Positions 61,089 to 64,000 of a stretch of DNA of 64,000 bases are shown in pieces (the first letter of the stretch is position 1; each line of letters starts with the position of its first letter). The notes beneath the pieces were generated by a model. That model searched no databases and was not told where the DNA came from. It saw nothing but the letters and a program-made list of their open reading frames with translations. Both the position numbers and the translations under genes were made by a program. Source of the stretch: Lama glama (taxonomy: Eukaryota); the NCBI GenBank assembly GCA_028534125.1, contig CM052817.1:84260001-84324000 (forward strand). The letters are read 5' to 3'.

Positions 61089-64000
61089 ATAGGTTATTTT
61101 AATACATAGCTAATCCACGACATTGGTGATACATAGAGAAGTAGTATGTATTGGTCTTTAACTGAGTACCTTTTAGAACTTCAGTGAAATAAATAAGAAT
61201 GGATAGTTGTGGATAAAACTGGAAAAAAATCAGCCTGTCTGCATATAAACCATAAGATAATTAAAGCCACTAGGGTGTAATCCTTATTATAGCTGTAGAG
61301 TTTATGGCCTGATAAATGGTCCCTGTTCCACTACAGAGAGTAATTCTAGTTACAGGACAGTTTGTTTTCTTCAAATCTGTCCCTCTTTCCTAGGAGTAGC
61401 ATTGAATAAACATCCTCAAGTTCTTAATCATCTTACTCTTTCGTAAAAGCTCTTCTCTCTTTGTCCTCTTGGTCATTTCTCACTCTTTCTTAGCTAGAGT
61501 CACATACCAGTCATGCCTCCCTGGTACCACACCCAGGTCACTGAACTTGTTCACTTGCAAATTCCTGAGCCACCTAGGGCATGGGTTCCTTCAGCTAATG
61601 GCTGCTCTGAGCTAAATGCCTACTGATTTTCTTTCCCCCAGTTTCTGTCGGAGGAAACTGAAATTTCAGGGTTTTCAGTTACATTGCTTTCTCATGTACT
61701 GATGCCATGTCCCATCATAGTCTGCATGGTAATCCTGTAACCTTTATAGCCGTTATCACACTGAAGTCTCTCTGGGGGCCATTCAGTATCTTGTTCACCA
61801 TGTCTCTGGCACCTAACTTGATGCAGTTTTAACTAAATTAATGTATTAGCTAATCTACACTACATTTTAACCCATCTGACAGAAGAGGTCGAAGAAGAGC
61901 GATCTGCATGTGATTTAAGTAGGGTTTGGGGCCAGCAGGTAGGATGGTACCTATGTTTCCTGAGAAGCTGGTGCCACCACAGGTGCCTGGTTGTCTTGGC
62001 ATGTCCCTTCCTACAGTGGAGATGGAGGTGCCAAAGGAGTGTCACTTGAATGCTCCGTCAATGGTCTTTGGACAATGACTTCCTCTTACTTGGCCTTCCA
62101 GGCAGTGCTGTGATTATAATCTGGCTTCCTAGGTAGTCTTTCAATTTTGGGCAAAGTCCCAAATGCCTAATAGTTTGTATTTTGTCTGCCTAGCTGTTAA
62201 TAACTTTTCATGGCGGGTGGACATTCCAGGCTCCTGCAAATGGCATCCCTTTGAGTCAGCTTTGATGGAACCAGACAGGATGTGAGGACAAGCCCTGCTG
62301 AGGATGGATCCAGAGTTCTGGGAGGCATCTGTTCTAGCCACCCTGTGAAGTCCTGTTTCTGTTCAAGAACCCTCTCTCTGATGTCTTTGTTTCACATTTG
62401 ATTTGAAAGGATCTCTGTTCTCCAGAACTTACTATAAGCTTTAGAGACACACACGTATAGAACATTTAAGTGATGATATAAGGCAGGAGTTGATTGACTA
62501 CTGAAGAAAATGGTATATTAAAAAGGGTAAAGAAGTTTTAAAATAAGAAAAAAGATGAAATGAGTGGTGTAGATGCTTTTAATTGGAATGGTGGACGGTA
62601 CTTAGTGGCTTTGCACTGAGCCTGGAGACAAGGTGGCGTTGAGATGGGTGGGGAGGACAGGGCCAAGGAGCACCATCAGCAGAGGCTGAGGTTGGAAAGC
62701 AGGGGTGCTTTCAAGGACAGAGGCCAGGCAAGCTGGTTACAGGGGCTTGTGAGGAGAGATGTTTAGGTAGAGCAGGGAGGAGCCCGGTGGAGGAAAACCT
62801 CTGAGTTTCTGGCTGAACTCATTTGCAGTGTGAAACTGAGGGAGAGATGGGCATAGGGAATAATGTGATGAGGTCACCTTGTAGGAAGGCTCTGTTTGCT
62901 TTAATAATTGGAAAGGTAAGGAACTGGGCATGTAGAATAGAAGGGTGGTGCTTGAAGTAATCTCCGTGTAGGTGGCTGCAGAGCTGGTGGGGCAGTAGGA
63001 GGACTTGAGAGGGTCATATGTTATGAAATGATAAGCCATGGCTATTGAATAGAAAGATCAGAAGGGTTGTATATTAGTAAAGAAATGAGCAAGCAGCAGT
63101 ACGATTCCGAACGTGAAGATGCTGGTGACGTGTATGTTAAACATTACAGAGGTTTGCCCAGAGCTTTGTTGTGCAGCTGCTTTTTGTTACCTCCCTTTTG
63201 TTCTTCAGGACTCTGCTCGGAATCTTACTGACTCCACCAGCCTGTGCTCCTGTAGAGCCTGGTGTTTACCACTGTCAGGCACTAACACTGAATTCCTGTT
63301 GACTTGTCTGTCACCTCAACTAGACCAGAAGCTCCATGAGGTCAGGGACAGTCATTTCTCTCCAGCACTTCCTCATATATTAGGTATTCAGATGTTTGTA
63401 GGATGCATTATATGATAATGTATTTTTTTGCTGCTTTCTCTGGAGTGTTGCAAATAGCCTTATTATTATTATTATTATTATTACTTATTCTACTGCTGTC
63501 TAGATAATAATCAGCCATTGCCTTAAATGATACTGAGGGCCCTCTGCTTTCTCTCACTGGCTTTCATTGGGCAGATGTTTGCAGCAGACAGGCACTGTGC
63601 TGTCTTAAAGATAGTAACATGTGCGTACTTTGATTTCTTGATAGAGTAAGTAACCCCAGGTGAGATAAATCAGCCTGATGTCAAGGATTAAGTACATTAG
63701 AGCCACAGAAGAGGCACTTCTGGCGTGCACTCTCCCCGTTCCTGTGCCAGCTTCCCTGGAGAAGTACAGCACGACATTCTCAACCTTCTTACTCAAGGTC
63801 TTTCGGGGTGGATGAAAATGGAACTCATTAGAAGGGAAACATTACTTTTACTCTTGTTTCGCTTGCAAGTACTTACGTGTGTTCAGGAGGATCGTTCTGT
63901 CCTGGCCAGTGATTGCATTTTGCACACAGTGACTGTTGAGGTGCATGCTTTCTCTGGAAGCTGTGTTTGAAAGCACAGAGGAAGGCATTTTGATTTTAAA

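Noticed and set aside
52400..64000. Coding exons of the island-associated gene
   Set aside because: No translation resembling JADE1 or any other recognisable protein; the sequence looks intronic, with L2/MIR/MER relics.

Overview
Mammalian genomic DNA, most likely camelid (alpaca/llama/camel), judged from a Vic-1-type tRNA-derived SINE and young camelid-type L1 3' ends. I see no intact protein-coding exon. Bases 1-~48,900 are repeat-rich intergenic DNA. This part holds the 5' half of a minus-strand ERV1-class provirus (decayed tRNA-His primer-binding site, LTR split by an L1), L1/L2/MIR/MaLR/hAT relics, and a full-length ST13 (Hip) processed pseudogene with target-site duplications (TSDs) inserted into a MaLR LTR. 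A CpG island at ~48,990-52,340 carries non-coding first exons that I recognise from memory as the 5' end of JADE1 (PHF17), + strand; the rest of the window would be its first intron. The most unusual observation is a pair of short LTR-derived inserts (14136-14338 and 55406-55577). They share the same 5' end and carry L1-type TSDs, suggesting short LTR R-region transcripts mobilised like a SINE. Repeat family names and the gene assignment come from recall of consensus sequences, not from a search. I found no strong evidence for a wholly new biological system.
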